In this document: piece after piece, positions 44,918-56,272 of the stretch | How positions within the stretch are numbered: position 1 is the stretch's first letter | How the letters are laid out: each line of letters starts with the position of its first letter | Position numbers and translations under genes: made by a program | Assembly (NCBI GenBank): GCA_963829525.1 | Contig: CAWHIJ010000003.1 | Location: 1,120,001 to 1,184,000 of the forward strand | DNA from: an uncultured Actinomycetota bacterium | GTDB taxonomy: Bacteria > Actinomycetota > Actinomycetes > JAHEKZ01 | Reading direction: 5' to 3' | DNA: 64,000 nt | The notes under the pieces: generated by a model | What the model saw: the letters and a program-made list of their open reading frames with translations, nothing else | What the model was told of the DNA's origin: nothing | Database searches by the model: none

Positions 44918-45087
44918 GTCGCTGATGGCCCTCGGTGTCGTGACGAAGCTTCGCACCGAACCTGAAGATGGCCGGGGGCTGACTTGCTCGGGTGGGCGGC
45001 GTATCCTGAAGGCGGGTATGGACACATACCTGTTTGGCCTCCGGTACACCCATATGCCGCTCATCACGATGCACTGTGGAGTACGCG

Positions 45088-45489
45088 ATGAAGATCGAAA
45101 AGAACACCCATTGGCTTCGCTTTGAACTTTGCGGCGAAATCGACCTCGCCTGGTGTGAGAGTCATTCCGCGGAGATCGAGCTAGCTCTCGAAGACTGCCC
45201 TGCGCTGGTGGTTTTTGACGTCGAGCGTGTCAACTTTATCGACAGCACGGGATTGTCACTGCTGGTCCAGGCGTATCACGCGTGCCAACGACAGGACGGT
45301 GAAGTATGTGTCCTTCATCCCCAGCCGATCGTGGCGCGCGTCCTGGGCGCCGCCGGGCTCGATCAGCTCGTGACCGTGGTCTCCACGTGTGAGGAGGCAA
45401 GGGGAATCCACGAGCGGATGGCTGGACTCGATCTGGTGGACACGTCGACTCGAGTGCGCTCAGAAGTGGCTGATCCTTCCGGCGCCTGA
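45088..45489 (+). CDS. STAS-domain anti-sigma factor antagonist (RsbV-like)
   Basis: GEIDL, VNFIDSTGLSLL, VARVL..AGLDQ. Confidence 0.85.
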   Translation: MKIEKNTHWLRFELCGEIDLAWCESHSAEIELALEDCPALVVFDVERVNFIDSTGLSLLVQAYHACQRQDGEVCVLHPQPIVARVLGAAGLDQLVTVVSTCEEARGIHERMAGLDLVDTSTRVRSEVADPSGA

Positions 45490-45571
45490 CAATCCGAGGC
45501 AGGCTGATCGGATACGGATCAGAGGGTTGACGTTCGCCACGCTGCCAGGCGGGCCCTCTCTACATTGAGTC

Positions 45572-46492
45572 ATGGCTCCCTCAGCGACCAAGCCCGGCCC
45601 GATCATTGAGCCGATGCTCGCCTCTCGTCCGCGAGCGGGTCTGACCACGGACCAGGTGATCGGGGCCCTGGACGATGGTTGGATCTTCGAGCCGAAGTTG
45701 GATGGCTTTCGATGCCTTGTGCACGTGGTTGACGGCACCGCAGTTCTTCGTTCGCGGACCGGCAACGACATCACTTCGAGATTCTCCGCCACGCCCCTGC
45801 CGGCAAGCATCGGATCAGGAATTCTCGATTCTGCAGTGATCGATGGAGAGCTCATCGCCGTTGATGAGAGGGGGCAACCTTCGTTCAATCGTGTCCAGCG
45901 AATCAGTGGTCGGCCCCAAGATCCGATCGCCATCTTTGTGGCGTTCGACCTGCTCTATCACCCGGAACTTCTCGACCTCAGGGATTCACCATGGACACGT
46001 CGACGATCACTACTCGAAGAACTCCAACCCACAGGTCTCACCCTGACGCCGTACTCCGCCTCGGCCGATGCCATGTGGAAAGCCGTCGTGGCCCAAGACC
46101 TGGAAGGAGCGATAGCCAAACGCAAGGATTCCCGTTACCGGCCCGGGCGCACCGGAGACTGGATCAAGGTGAAGCGATATCGCTCGCTCTCTGCGGTGGT
46201 AACAGCCTTCAATGCAGGTGAAGGCTCACGGAGTGACAATTTCGGCTCACTCGCATTGGCACTCTTCGATTCTTCCGGAGACCTCGTTCCGATCGGGGAC
46301 GTTGGGACCGGGTTCACTCAAGCTGATCTTGTAGCGGTCAGCAGACTCGACCCACCGTTCGTCATCGAGGTGCGATTTCAGGAGTGGACTGGGACCGCGC
46401 TGAGGATGCCGGTCTTCCAGGGCGTGCGCCATGACGTGCCCATCGCGGAGTGCACCTTTGTGAGGCAGCTCCCCGAGGGTGATACCAGTTGA
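45572..46492 (+). CDS. ATP-dependent DNA ligase (stand-alone LigD/LigC-type ligase domain)
   Basis: EPKLDGFR, IDGEL, AFDLL, EGAIAKR...YRPG...WIKVK, VGTGF, LRMPVF. Confidence 0.9.
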   Translation: MAPSATKPGPIIEPMLASRPRAGLTTDQVIGALDDGWIFEPKLDGFRCLVHVVDGTAVLRSRTGNDITSRFSATPLPASIGSGILDSAVIDGELIAVDERGQPSFNRVQRISGRPQDPIAIFVAFDLLYHPELLDLRDSPWTRRRSLLEELQPTGLTLTPYSASADAMWKAVVAQDLEGAIAKRKDSRYRPGRTGDWIKVKRYRSLSAVVTAFNAGEGSRSDNFGSLALALFDSSGDLVPIGDVGTGFTQADLVAVSRLDPPFVIEVRFQEWTGTALRMPVFQGVRHDVPIAECTFVRQLPEGDTS

Positions 46493-46559
46493 GCCGTCGG
46501 AGCCGCAGACACGACCTGCTGGGCGTTGTAGGGGTCTCGGTGACGCGGGCCATGCTGGC

Positions 46560-46653
46560 TCGCGAGAGCTCGGCGTTGGTTGCGAAGTGTTGCCACCGTC
46601 AAGGTCGCGAGAAGGGCTGCTTGCATTGAATGGCCCATGGCGTCGGTGAGCGA
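46560..46653 (-). pseudogene. Remnant of a PP2C/SpoIIE (RsbU-like) phosphatase
   Basis: SLTDAMGHSMQAALLATLTVATLRNQRR matches the D-x-M-G-H PP2C motif, with no flanking domain. Confidence 0.55.
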
Positions 46654-46655
46654 TG

Positions 46656-46707
46656 GGCACGGTACGGCCGGACCCCCCAACCGAGGATGGTCCGGCCGTA
46701 CCGTGCC
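46656..46707 (-). terminator. 19-bp stem hairpin downstream of the phosphodiesterase gene
   Basis: GGCACGGTACGGCCGGACC / GGTCCGGCCGTACCGTGCC. Confidence 0.7.
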
Positions 46708-46718
46708 AATGGCGTGAA

Positions 46719-48415
46719 CTAGCTGAGGGGGCGTGCCTGTCCGTCAGTCATGTAGGTCTGCTCTATCCCCAGCACTTTCAGGATGGTGGGCATCACGTCC
46801 GGTGTCCGGAAGGTCGTGGACGTGTCGTTGGCGTAGAGACCGTCGGCTGACCAGAACACCATCGGAACCCGCTGGTTCGACTCCTGGTAGCCACCGTGGT
46901 CGCCGTAGGCCCCATAGCTGACCTTGTCGCGCAGCAGTGCGACGAGGTCGGGTCCGTTGTCGTCGGCCATGGTGTTGACGATCGCCTGCGCCTTGTTCTT
47001 GAACCACTGCCGCTGGTTGGACGGTATGGGGTTCTTCTTGTAGAGCGAGTACTTGCCCCCGTTCTTCCAGTACGTGGCGATCACGCCTGGCAGCGTGGTC
47101 ATCACCTTGAGCGCCTCGGTGCGCTTGGGCTGGGAGGCGTTCTTCAGCCAGGTCTGGATCGAGGTGGACTGGTAGGAGAACGGCCACGTTGCCGGTGTCG
47201 ATCAGCGGCTTGAGCGCGGGCGACGGGTTGTTGTACTGGCTCGGGAGCGAGTCCGGTCCGTAGTACCAGTTGGTGTCGCTAGTCGCGCTCCCCGATGCGG
47301 TCTTGCCGTAGAACTCCTCGCCCCAGGTCGCACCGTGGTCTGCGGTGAGCACCACCAAGGTGTCGTCGAGCTGTCCGAGCTCTTCGAGCTTGGCGAGCAT
47401 GCGACCGAGCTGGGCGTCGGCGTTCTCGGCGGCGTACTGCACGTGCGTCTGGTAGTCGGGGGAACCGGTAACCGACTGTCGGTCGTTCTGAGCGCCCCAC
47501 ATGTGGCCGGCCTTGTCGATGCCGCCCATGGTGACGAACATGCCGGACCAGTCCTCGTTCGCCATCATGTCCATGGCAGCGTCGGCGACCCAGGTGTCTC
47601 CGCCGAGGTGGGCGTTGTCCGTCCCGGGCACGAAGCGGTTGCCGTCGAGCGGGTAGATCCAGGACGGGAACGCTTCGCTGGTGCCGTAGGTGTTGCCGGA
47701 GTTCACCCAGTACCGGCCGCAGAACGGCTGATTGATGTACGACGGCACGTTAACGCCGTACGGGGCCACGGTAACGACCACCGAGGCTGTCGAAGCAAGC
47801 CTGCTCGGCAGGCTGGGTGTCGGGCGGACGCGTGCTGCTGGTTCGGCTGCCGAACCGCACCGCGATGTCGGCATCTGAGGTGTCCCATGCTGATTTCGCT
47901 GCTGCCGACTCGACCGCGTAGGACTTCTGGCCGACGACGATGAACTTCTTGCCCGGCTGCGCTGCCTGCAGGTAGTCGGCGAGCTTCGGATAGCCCTTGT
48001 CCTGGATCAGGGTTCCGAACTGGTCGTAGGTCAGCTCGCCGGTGACGTACATCTGGTCGGGGTTCGACCCGAGCAAGGTGTCGCGGTCGCGGTACGCCTC
48101 GTCGACCCAGCCCATGTTGCGTGGGCTCTGACCGGACATCAGCACGTTGTGCGCCATGACGGTCTCAGACCCCATGTAGCCGAGGTAGGCCTGGTTGAAG
48201 TTGGTGCCGGAGTCGCGAAGTGAACGGAAGTTCGGCATGTTGAAGCGGTCTGCGTACTGCGGAAGCATCTGGTCGAAGAGCACGACTAGCACCTTGGTGG
48301 GCGGACTCGTGTCCACCGGGTCGGCACTGGCGCTCGTCGTGGAGGCGACCGCTCCTGCGACGAGTGCTGAGGACAGGGTGAGGGCGACCCAGTGGGTGCG
48401 CCGCGATCCGATCAT
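46719..48415 (-). pseudogene. Secreted alkaline-phosphatase-superfamily phosphodiesterase, two frameshifts (about 47765 and 47183)
   Basis: Signal peptide, VLFDQM, SETVMAH, IDKAGH, LTADHG and GDHGG spread over three consecutive frames. Confidence 0.8.
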
Positions 48416-48620
48416 GGAGTTGCCTCTCGGGAGGGGGTGGCTGGAGTATTTACTTGCTATGACGCAGGTCACAAGACGCATGCCATATCGCGAAAAGTGA
48501 TTCGGATGAGTGGCGGGTATCAATGTGGACGAACCGGCGCATTGCCGACCGGGAGCGTCTTTGTAAAGCGGTGGACACAAGGTCGCCAATGAACCCGGTG
48601 ATCTCGCTACGCGGGCCTGG

Positions 48621-50246
48621 TCACGCCGGAAGAGCCAAGTTCCTGCGCCGTAGTGCGAGGACCCCTGCCATTGCAAGCAGCACACACACCAGGCCCAGGC
48701 CGAGAATCGCTGCGACGCTGACAGCGGCAGCCGGTGCGTTTGGCACATGAGTGAAGGGCGTCAGGTCCATCAGCCATGTCGGCAGCCGTAGCGATGGGCC
48801 GAACATCGGACCCACGAAGATTGAGAACACGAACATTGCCCATGACACGCCGACCGACCATCGCGGCAGGAGCATGACCACCGCCACCACTACGGCGCCC
48901 AGCACGCCGATGGCGGGCAGTTGAACCAGCGCGGCTCCGATGAGCTCGGGCAGCAACGATGCGGTGCCGCCAAGCGCCTGACCGCCGGTGAGTGCCATCG
49001 CCATTGCAAAAACCATCATGAGCAACAGCGCGCCCACGAAGGCGTTGATGGCGTACGCGCTCAGCCAGCGAAGTCTGGAGACCGCGGTACCGAGCAACGG
49101 TTCCAGCGTGCCCTGCGCCTCGTCGTGGTACAGCCGGAGCAGGAGCGTGACCACGTAGGCCGCCACCGCCATCCCGGCCATCTGCATCATCGAGGCCCAA
49201 TAGGCGCCGATCAGGTCGGCGTCACCACCGAAGGCGGAGTACCACTCCGTTGCTGCTCCTTTGAGACCGCCGATTTGGTCGCTCAGCGCGCCGAAGACCA
49301 GGCCGAAGCCGAGCAGGCCGATGGCCCAGCCCTCGAGGGCTCCGCGCTGTAGCCGCCAGACAAGACCTGTGGGGCTCAGCAGGGCTGGGCTTGCGTGTGC
49401 GGCCCCTCTGCGCTCCGGCCACATTCCTCGACCTACGTCGCGCCGTCCATCGAGGACGACGGCGAGCCAAAACAGCAAAGCAGTTCCCAACAGTGGGAGA
49501 ACGAGCGGCCACCACAGGTTGTCTGCAAATGGTCGCATCTGCTGGCCCCAGCCGATCGGTGACAGCCAAACCGGCCAGGCGCTGCTGACCCGCAGGGCGG
49601 CGGAGTCCACGGTCCCGAGCATGTTCCCGAGCGCTGCCACCATGAAGGAGAGGCCGAGAACTGCACCCGCGAGCCCGGTCGCTCCGCGTGTCGTGGAAGC
49701 CAGCTGCGACGTCACCGCGGCAACGCCGGTGAAGGCGACGCCCACCAGCGCGATCGATGCACCAGCAGCCAGGGACCCCGTCGTGGGCTGTCCCGCCGCT
49801 ACCATCGCGAGCCCCAGCATGAGCGCCAGCACCACGTTCGCTGCAAGTGCGACAATCACGGCCGCGGCCAGGGACGCGTAGCGCCCGACCACGCCGGCAC
49901 CCAACATCTCCGCCCGACCAAGTTCCTCAGCCTGACGGGTGTGCCGGACCACTGCGAGGACGCTCATCAAAGCTGCAAGAACTGCAAGGGTTAGGGCGTC
50001 GCGGTGCAAGGTGTAGCCCCCGACGGACTGGCCCGTCACCAGACCGAGCACCCGCATACCGGGGTTCTCCACGACAATCCGGGTGTCTGGCCCCAGAAGC
50101 ATCGGGTTCTTTCCGTAGTTGTCTTCAAACATCGCCGTGGTCGCAGCCAGGAAGCCGGCCATGCCAAGGATCCATGCGGTCAGCGTGACTCGGTCGCGCC
50201 GAAGCGCGAGGCGGATCAGCCGCATCGTCCCGACGAAGCCGGTCAC
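48621..50246 (-). CDS. ABC-2 type exporter permease (TnrB-like)
   Basis: [36 protein letters not shown]; GTGA overlap with the ATPase. Confidence 0.88.
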   Translation of the reverse strand: MTGFVGTMRLIRLALRRDRVTLTAWILGMAGFLAATTAMFEDNYGKNPMLLGPDTRIVVENPGMRVLGLVTGQSVGGYTLHRDALTLAVLAALMSVLAVVRHTRQAEELGRAEMLGAGVVGRYASLAAAVIVALAANVVLALMLGLAMVAAGQPTTGSLAAGASIALVGVAFTGVAAVTSQLASTTRGATGLAGAVLGLSFMVAALGNMLGTVDSAALRVSSAWPVWLSPIGWGQQMRPFADNLWWPLVLPLLGTALLFWLAVVLDGRRDVGRGMWPERRGAAHASPALLSPTGLVWRLQRGALEGWAIGLLGFGLVFGALSDQIGGLKGAATEWYSAFGGDADLIGAYWASMMQMAGMAVAAYVVTLLLRLYHDEAQGTLEPLLGTAVSRLRWLSAYAINAFVGALLLMMVFAMAMALTGGQALGGTASLLPELIGAALVQLPAIGVLGAVVVAVVMLLPRWSVGVSWAMFVFSIFVGPMFGPSLRLPTWLMDLTPFTHVPNAPAAAVSVAAILGLGLVCVLLAMAGVLALRRRNLALPA

Positions 50247-51175
50247 CGAGACGTCACCCCCTCGGCTTGCGCATCGGCATCCATCGCGGCGATCTCCTCG
50301 CCGTAGTGCCGAAGGAACAGCTCCTCGAGCGTGGGTGGCGAGGTGACAAGGGACCGCACCTCGAGGTCGACAAGGTGCTGGAGCACCTGGTTGAGCTCGC
50401 CGGGGTCCACACTGAACTCGGCATGGTCGTCCTCCACATGGCTGTCGTGGACGCCGGGCCACTGCCCCACCGACTCCAACGGTCTGGAGGTATCAACTGC
50501 CACCGAGGTGCGAGTGAGGTGACGCAACTCGTCGAACGTGCCGCTCTCAGCCGCACGACCCGCCCGGATAATCGTGACTCGATCGCACAGCGCCTCCACC
50601 TCGGACAGAATGTGGCTGGAGAGCAGGATGCTTCGCCCAGCGGCGCGCAGCTCCTTGACGACGTCTTGGAAGACCGCCTCCATCAGCGGGTCCAACCCCG
50701 AAGTGGGCTCGTCCAGCAGGTAGAGCTCTACGTCGGAACAGAACGCGGCCACCAACGCGACCTTTTGTCGGTTGCCCTTGGAGTACGCGCGAGTCTTCTT
50801 CGTGGGGTCCAGTTGGAAGCGCTCAAGCAACTCTTCCCGGCGATTCGGGTCGAGCCCCCCTCGCAAGTCGCCGAGCAGGTCGATGACCTCGCCGCCCGTG
50901 AGGTTGGGCCAGAGGTTCACCTCGCCGGGCACGTAGGCCAGGCGCCGGTGTAGGGCGACCGCGTCACGCCACGGGTCGCCATCGAGGAGGGCAACATTGC
51001 CGTCGTCGGCCCTGAGCATCCCGAGCAGGACGCGGATCGTGGTGGTCTTCCCGGCCCCGTTCGGCCCAAGGAAGCCGTGCACCTCACCGGTCTCTACATG
51101 CAAGTCGAGATGATTCAGAGCCCTGGTCCCGGCCCCGAAGTCCTTCACCAGCCCGGAGACCGCTATGGCAGTCAT
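50243..51175 (-). CDS. ABC transporter ATP-binding protein
   Basis: [33 protein letters not shown]. Confidence 0.93.
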   Translation of the reverse strand: MTAIAVSGLVKDFGAGTRALNHLDLHVETGEVHGFLGPNGAGKTTTIRVLLGMLRADDGNVALLDGDPWRDAVALHRRLAYVPGEVNLWPNLTGGEVIDLLGDLRGGLDPNRREELLERFQLDPTKKTRAYSKGNRQKVALVAAFCSDVELYLLDEPTSGLDPLMEAVFQDVVKELRAAGRSILLSSHILSEVEALCDRVTIIRAGRAAESGTFDELRHLTRTSVAVDTSRPLESVGQWPGVHDSHVEDDHAEFSVDPGELNQVLQHLVDLEVRSLVTSPPTLEELFLRHYGEEIAAMDADAQAEGVTSR

Positions 51176-51619
51176 CTGACCACTTCCTTCGAAGTGTGGG
51201 TTCCGTTGGCGCTCAGCCGCCTGTAACCAACCCATCACAGCCGGGCCAAAACGGTCAGGGCCGAAGGCCACCAATAGCGCGCCATACGTCTTTCACAGTC
51301 GTGGGCGCTGGACCGGCGTCGCTTCGCCGTGGCAAGGGAGGAGTGCGGAGAGTTTGCCACCGTGGGCGTTGCAAAGTCTCCGCAGACCATCCCTCAGGTC
51401 GGTCCCGTATCAGGTCAGGTTTGGCGAAGTGGTTCTTGAGGTAACAAACCAGTGGAGAGGAGCTCTCATCGGCAAGAGGCGGAACAGTGGAGCGCGAGCA
51501 GAGCGGATTTTCAGTACGACCCCTTGGCGGTGGCGTCGGCTGCCTCGCGATGGTCCTGATATCGGTTGTGGCGTCCATCCTGCTCACAGTTGTCGCGAAT
51601 CTGCTGATGCGATAACGAC

Positions 51620-52582
51620 ATGCTCGAGATCTCTCACCCCCACCCAGACGATGCGCGAAAGCCTAGTAATCCTGCAAAGTTGACCTGGCGTTCGTGGCTG
51701 GGGGTTCTACGCCGGACATTCACCGAGTTTCGGGACGACGACTGTACGGACTGGGCTGCCGCGCTGACTTACTACGGAGTCTTGTCACTGTTCCCCGCGA
51801 TCCTTGCGATGATCTCGCTTGTCAGCCTCGTTGGTGATCCGCAAACGACCACCGAAGCTTTGATCCACATTGCCAATGACCTCGGTCCGCAAAGTGCTGT
51901 CGATACGTTCGCAGAGCCGGTGCGTCAAGTGGCGCAAGCGGGTAGGGCGTCAGGGTTCATGTTCGTTGCTGGCCTCCTCGGAGCCTTGTGGGCGGCGTCC
52001 GGATACGTTGGCGCCTTCGGTCGATCCATGAACGCCATTTACGAGGTGCAGGAAGGCCGCCCGTTTTGGAAACTGCGACCCCTGCAAGTGGCGCTCACAC
52101 TGATCTGCGTGATGCTCGCTGCGTTAGTGACCGTCGGGTTGGTGATCACAGGTCCGCTCGCGAAGGCTGTGGGCGACAGCATCGGCCTTGGAGATGTTGC
52201 CCTGACGGCGTGGAACTTCGGGAAATGGCCAGTCATGTTGATTGTGGTCTGCATGATCTTGACGGCGCTCTTCTACGTGGCACCGAACGTTCGGCAGCCT
52301 CGCTGGATCTGGCTGTCACCGGGCACCATGCTCGCCCTTCTGGTCTGGGCGGTCCTGTCAGCGGCATTCACTTTCTATGTAGCCAACTTCGGCTCGTACA
52401 ACGCGACCTTCGGCTCATTGGGTGCGATTGTCGTGTTTCTGGTCTGGTTGTGGCTGAGCAATTGCGCGATCTTGCTGGGAGCTGAGTTGAACGCGGAACT
52501 GGAGCGCGGACGCGAAATTCAGTCGGGGATGGTGGGTGCGGAGGAGTCGATACAGCTACCGCCGAGGACCCCCCATGACTAG
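51620..52582 (+). CDS. YihY/virulence factor BrkB family membrane protein
   Basis: AAALTYYGVLSLFP, YEVQEGRP, SYNATFGSLG, LLGAELNAE. Confidence 0.9.
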   Translation: MLEISHPHPDDARKPSNPAKLTWRSWLGVLRRTFTEFRDDDCTDWAAALTYYGVLSLFPAILAMISLVSLVGDPQTTTEALIHIANDLGPQSAVDTFAEPVRQVAQAGRASGFMFVAGLLGALWAASGYVGAFGRSMNAIYEVQEGRPFWKLRPLQVALTLICVMLAALVTVGLVITGPLAKAVGDSIGLGDVALTAWNFGKWPVMLIVVCMILTALFYVAPNVRQPRWIWLSPGTMLALLVWAVLSAAFTFYVANFGSYNATFGSLGAIVVFLVWLWLSNCAILLGAELNAELERGREIQSGMVGAEESIQLPPRTPHD

Positions 52583-52624
52583 CTTGCGCTCGGCATCTCA
52601 GATCCAGCTTGGGGGCCGCAATAG

Positions 52625-53329
52625 CTAAGTGCTGATTCCCAGGTCATCGACATGGTCCATGAGGTCTGCTGCATCTGCGTAGACGCGGAAGGCATGAGCC
52701 TCCAAGAGTTCGCTGCGGCTAAGGCCCCCGGACATGAGACCGATTCCCACGCAGCCGGCTCGGCGCGCGGCGAGCATGTCCCAGACGCTGTCGCCGAGAA
52801 TGAACGTGTTCTCACGAGGCTGCTGAAGGACTTCGACAGCTTCCAGGAACAGCTGAGGATTCGGTTTTGCCAGAGGCACCTCCTCGCTCGTCAGCAGGTG
52901 GATCTCAGCCACAGGCAACTTCAGGAGGTTCAACATGGGTAGTGCATCTGAACGACTTCCGCTCGTGGCGATAGCCCACGCATAGTCTTCGGTGGTGAGG
53001 TGTCGTAGCAGGTCCAGTGCTCCGGGCAGGGGAGCCACGGTCTCGAGGGCTTCGCCGTAATACGTGTCATGCAGATCGCATGCGGTCCGCGAATCGTCGT
53101 GGCTGACCTCGCAGCCGGACTCACGGGATATGGCTTCAACCAGCAGTTCACCACTTGTGCCGATAAGACGATGGAGCTGCCACACCGCAAAGGGGATACC
53201 CACCTCTGTCAGCGCCTTACGCCAAGCCATCACGTGTTGATAGACCGAATCGACGAGGGTGCCATCGAGGTCTAAGACAAACGCAGGACGCGAGGCGGCG
53301 TCACTCGCCCGCTCGGCCTCTTGAAGCAT
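52625..53329 (-). CDS. HAD family hydrolase
   Basis: DLDGTLVDS, IATSG, AKPNP, GDSVWD. Confidence 0.9.
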   Translation of the reverse strand: MLQEAERASDAASRPAFVLDLDGTLVDSVYQHVMAWRKALTEVGIPFAVWQLHRLIGTSGELLVEAISRESGCEVSHDDSRTACDLHDTYYGEALETVAPLPGALDLLRHLTTEDYAWAIATSGSRSDALPMLNLLKLPVAEIHLLTSEEVPLAKPNPQLFLEAVEVLQQPRENTFILGDSVWDMLAARRAGCVGIGLMSGGLSRSELLEAHAFRVYADAADLMDHVDDLGIST

Positions 53330-53333
53330 TGAC

Positions 53334-54980
53334 TCACAGCCTCGTCGACGTAGGAAGAGAGACGGCAGTCACATCCAGCTGACCGAGCTCCTCCAGGTGG
53401 TCCTGTGCTTCTGTCTCACCGTTGCGCGAGCGCTCCCAGACCACGTGGGCGCCCCCGGCCTGCAGCGTCAATGTGCACAGGTTGTTGTTCCACCACGGTC
53501 CACGCTTGACCTGCCACTGCCATGCCGGTTCGGGGACGCCGGCCTTGCGGCGCAGTAAGCGGGCGACCCCGGTGAGTGGCTTCCAGAATGCGACGACGTT
53601 GATGAAGCGCATGACACCGCCCAGCGGATTTCGCATTGGCGACGACACGAGCTGCCACACCTGGGACTTGGCGCCATCGACGTCTGCCTGGGCGGCATAC
53701 CCGTAGTGCACGTCACCGGAAAGGAACAGGATCGTGCGGGGGGCCGGGCCTCGCTCACCACGGGCCACGGCGGTCAGGTGGTCGGCCAGCGCAGTGAACG
53801 ATCGGTGAAACGACGCCCAGTGCTCAAGGTCGAGGTTCTGACGAATGTACTCGCCCCAACGGCTCCACCTGGCACCCCATGCGCCGCCGGCGACGGCCTC
53901 ATCCCAGGCCTCGATGTCATGCAGCGGCACCGGCAGGAGGTACGGCAGCGACGAGCCGATGAGCAGGTGGTCCACCCCGCCCGTTGCGTGGTCGACGAGC
54001 CAGTCCCACTCGTCGGCGTCAAGCATGGCCCGCTGCGATGGTTCGGTGACCCGTCCGGCTCTGGTGTCGACTACCACGAGACGCGTCGAGCCCAGGTCTC
54101 TGGCGAACGTCCAGCGGTGTCCGCGCGGGTGCCGGTCGGCCTCCAGCGCGTAGTCGTCGAGCAGCTTGCCGCTATCGCCTGGATGCGCCTGCAGGGCCTG
54201 CAGTAAGGGATCAGTGCTCAGCTCGTCGGGGTGCAGGTTGCCGATGTACTGGTAGACCCACACCGAGCCGAGCGCGCCGGCAATGCGTCGGGGCCACCAC
54301 GGCTGCGACGTCGACTTGTCTCGCCACGCCTGCGAGGTGTTCCAGTCATCGCGGACGTCGTGGTCGTCGAACCCCATGACTACTGGCACCGTGGAAAGCA
54401 ACCAGCGCAGTGTCGGCTCAGACCAGGCAAGCCTGTAGAGCCGCGCGTACTCCTCGTAGTCCGCTGCCTCCCCCTTCGGCGGACGCGCTTCGTCGCTATC
54501 GACACAGACGAACGACGCCACGGAGCCGACAACCTCATCGGCGTAGATCTGGTCACCTGCGAGGTAGATCAGATCCGGAAGGGCATCGGCGTCGACCATG
54601 CCACGGTTGGCCAGAGCGTGGAGGACATCGACCCCGTGTGTTTTGCTGTGGTCTTCGTCCGGCGGAAGGGTGATCCGACAAGACCCGAAACTGATACGTA
54701 CCGGGTCATCGGCCTGACGAGTTCGGATCCTGCTCGCCGGCAAGTCCAGGGCGGGATCGGGCCACACCAGGTCGTCGTCGAGGTGCACCTGATACTCCGG
54801 GTTGGGTGTGAGCCCGTCCAGGTCAACGTGCACGAGCGCATAGTGTCGGCCGTGCACCGTGAACGTCGTCGACGACGAGCCGAGCACACTCACCTGGCAT
54901 GGCTGACCGGTCTCCACCCAAACGGTTGCCTGGCTCGCGTCGGCGTAACGCAGCATCGGGCCGAGAACAAGCTCGGCCAT
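53334..54980 (-). CDS. PhoD-like metallophosphatase (cytoplasmic)
   Basis: LGPMLRY, FGSCR, GDQIYAD, FDDHDVRDDWN, LSGDVH. Confidence 0.88.
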   Translation of the reverse strand: MAELVLGPMLRYADASQATVWVETGQPCQVSVLGSSSTTFTVHGRHYALVHVDLDGLTPNPEYQVHLDDDLVWPDPALDLPASRIRTRQADDPVRISFGSCRITLPPDEDHSKTHGVDVLHALANRGMVDADALPDLIYLAGDQIYADEVVGSVASFVCVDSDEARPPKGEAADYEEYARLYRLAWSEPTLRWLLSTVPVVMGFDDHDVRDDWNTSQAWRDKSTSQPWWPRRIAGALGSVWVYQYIGNLHPDELSTDPLLQALQAHPGDSGKLLDDYALEADRHPRGHRWTFARDLGSTRLVVVDTRAGRVTEPSQRAMLDADEWDWLVDHATGGVDHLLIGSSLPYLLPVPLHDIEAWDEAVAGGAWGARWSRWGEYIRQNLDLEHWASFHRSFTALADHLTAVARGERGPAPRTILFLSGDVHYGYAAQADVDGAKSQVWQLVSSPMRNPLGGVMRFINVVAFWKPLTGVARLLRRKAGVPEPAWQWQVKRGPWWNNNLCTLTLQAGGAHVVWERSRNGETEAQDHLEELGQLDVTAVSLPTSTRL

Positions 54981-55801
54981 CAGACCCGCCGGTACCGGGA
55001 CTCAGCCAGCGAGTAAAGCCCGAAAGCGATCAGCCCGAGTGCAACGGCGACGAGTAAGCCAACGCCTAACGGCGCGTCAGCCAAAGACGAGAGCGCGACA
55101 TCAAGCCCGTCGGTCTCACTGGGTGCCGTCTGCACGGCACCGTAGACCACGAACCCGCCCGCGAGCGCGAACACAACGCCCCGGGCGACGTAGCCGACCC
55201 GGCCAAGCTTCACCAGCAGGTCGCGGGGGTGTCCCGTGGCCTTGCTGCTGTCGAGATACTTGGCAAAGTCACGTGTCCAGCCTTGGAACACCATCGCCAA
55301 ACCGCATACGACGATGATCAGCCCGATCGCACCGATCAGGAACGGTCCCCACGATTGCTGCATCACAGTCTTGGTCAGTTGCGTTGAGCTGCCCGAACTG
55401 CTGTGCAGGGCGATACCGGCAGCGGAAATGGCGAAGGCCAGGTAGATGACGCCCTTGACGGCGTCGATGACGCGGTAGGTGCCGAGTTTGTCGCGGTCTG
55501 GTCCGTCGACCTGACCGGTGATCGCTTGCAGCAGCCGCCACAGGCCGTAGCCCGCCAAACCAAGAGCCAGCGCCCACAGCAGCACCTGGCCAAAGCTCTG
55601 CTTACCCAAGTAGGTGAAGGCGCCCTGCTGATCGGCCTCAGGGTTTCCTGACCCACTGGCGATCTTCAACGCCAGGAAGCCAATGATCATGTAGACAAAC
55701 CCTCGAGCGACGAACCCGAGGCGAGCGAGTCGCTCCATCCACGGGCTGTTGGCTGCGCTTTGGGTGGCGGACTTCATAGTGTGCTGGGCACCGGTGGTCA
55801 T
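54980..55801 (-). CDS. DUF1206 membrane protein
   Basis: Repeated LARLGFVARG / LGRVGYVARG units, GLDVAL. Confidence 0.88.
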   Translation of the reverse strand: MTTGAQHTMKSATQSAANSPWMERLARLGFVARGFVYMIIGFLALKIASGSGNPEADQQGAFTYLGKQSFGQVLLWALALGLAGYGLWRLLQAITGQVDGPDRDKLGTYRVIDAVKGVIYLAFAISAAGIALHSSSGSSTQLTKTVMQQSWGPFLIGAIGLIIVVCGLAMVFQGWTRDFAKYLDSSKATGHPRDLLVKLGRVGYVARGVVFALAGGFVVYGAVQTAPSETDGLDVALSSLADAPLGVGLLVAVALGLIAFGLYSLAESRYRRV

Positions 55802-55825
55802 CGAGCCTCCTTGATCACCGCGCCT

Positions 55826-55904
55826 TTACCCCAACGGGCTTCAGACCAAACCATGCGGATGCGGCTTCTGGAAGTCGGGTTTGCGAAGCCGGTCATTCGG
55901 GTAG
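55826..55904. promoter_or_regulatory. Back-to-back SigF/SigB-type promoters
   Basis: Minus GTTT-N16-GGGTAA (55851-55826); plus GTTT-N16-GGGTAG (55879-55904). Confidence 0.6.
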
Positions 55905-55913
55905 GGCTCTGGC

Positions 55914-56251
55914 GTGCACTCTCCCCCGCCTGACGACGACGTCGATCCGACACTGGTTCAACTCAAGCCCGAGAAGCACGCCGCTGCTGGGATGCCTGCC
56001 GTGGCCGTGGCTCTGCAGGGACGTAATTGCGGACGGCTGGACCTATCCATGTTGGTGAGGCGCAGATCGATATCAGCCTGCGGCCGGCTGTTGATGGGGG
56101 CACCGAGATCGTCATTGTTGAGGACGCCACGGGTGGACCGGGGCGGTGGCTGGTCCCTGGCCGTGCGCGACAGGCCCTGATCAAGAAGCGAAACATCGAG
56201 ACGCTGCGCCGTCTGGCGTACCTCGCCGAACAGAGCCCTTCTCCGAGCTGA
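55914..56251 (+). pseudogene. Chimeric deletion remnant: FdhF/YdeP N-terminus plus two pieces of an SRPBCC gene
   Basis: PEKHAAAGMPAVAVAL, then DVIADGWTYPCW (from 56020), then VGEAQIDI...RNIETLRRLAYLAE, each in a different frame. Confidence 0.6.
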
Positions 56252-56272
56252 CGAAATCGGTAGGCTTCCGGC

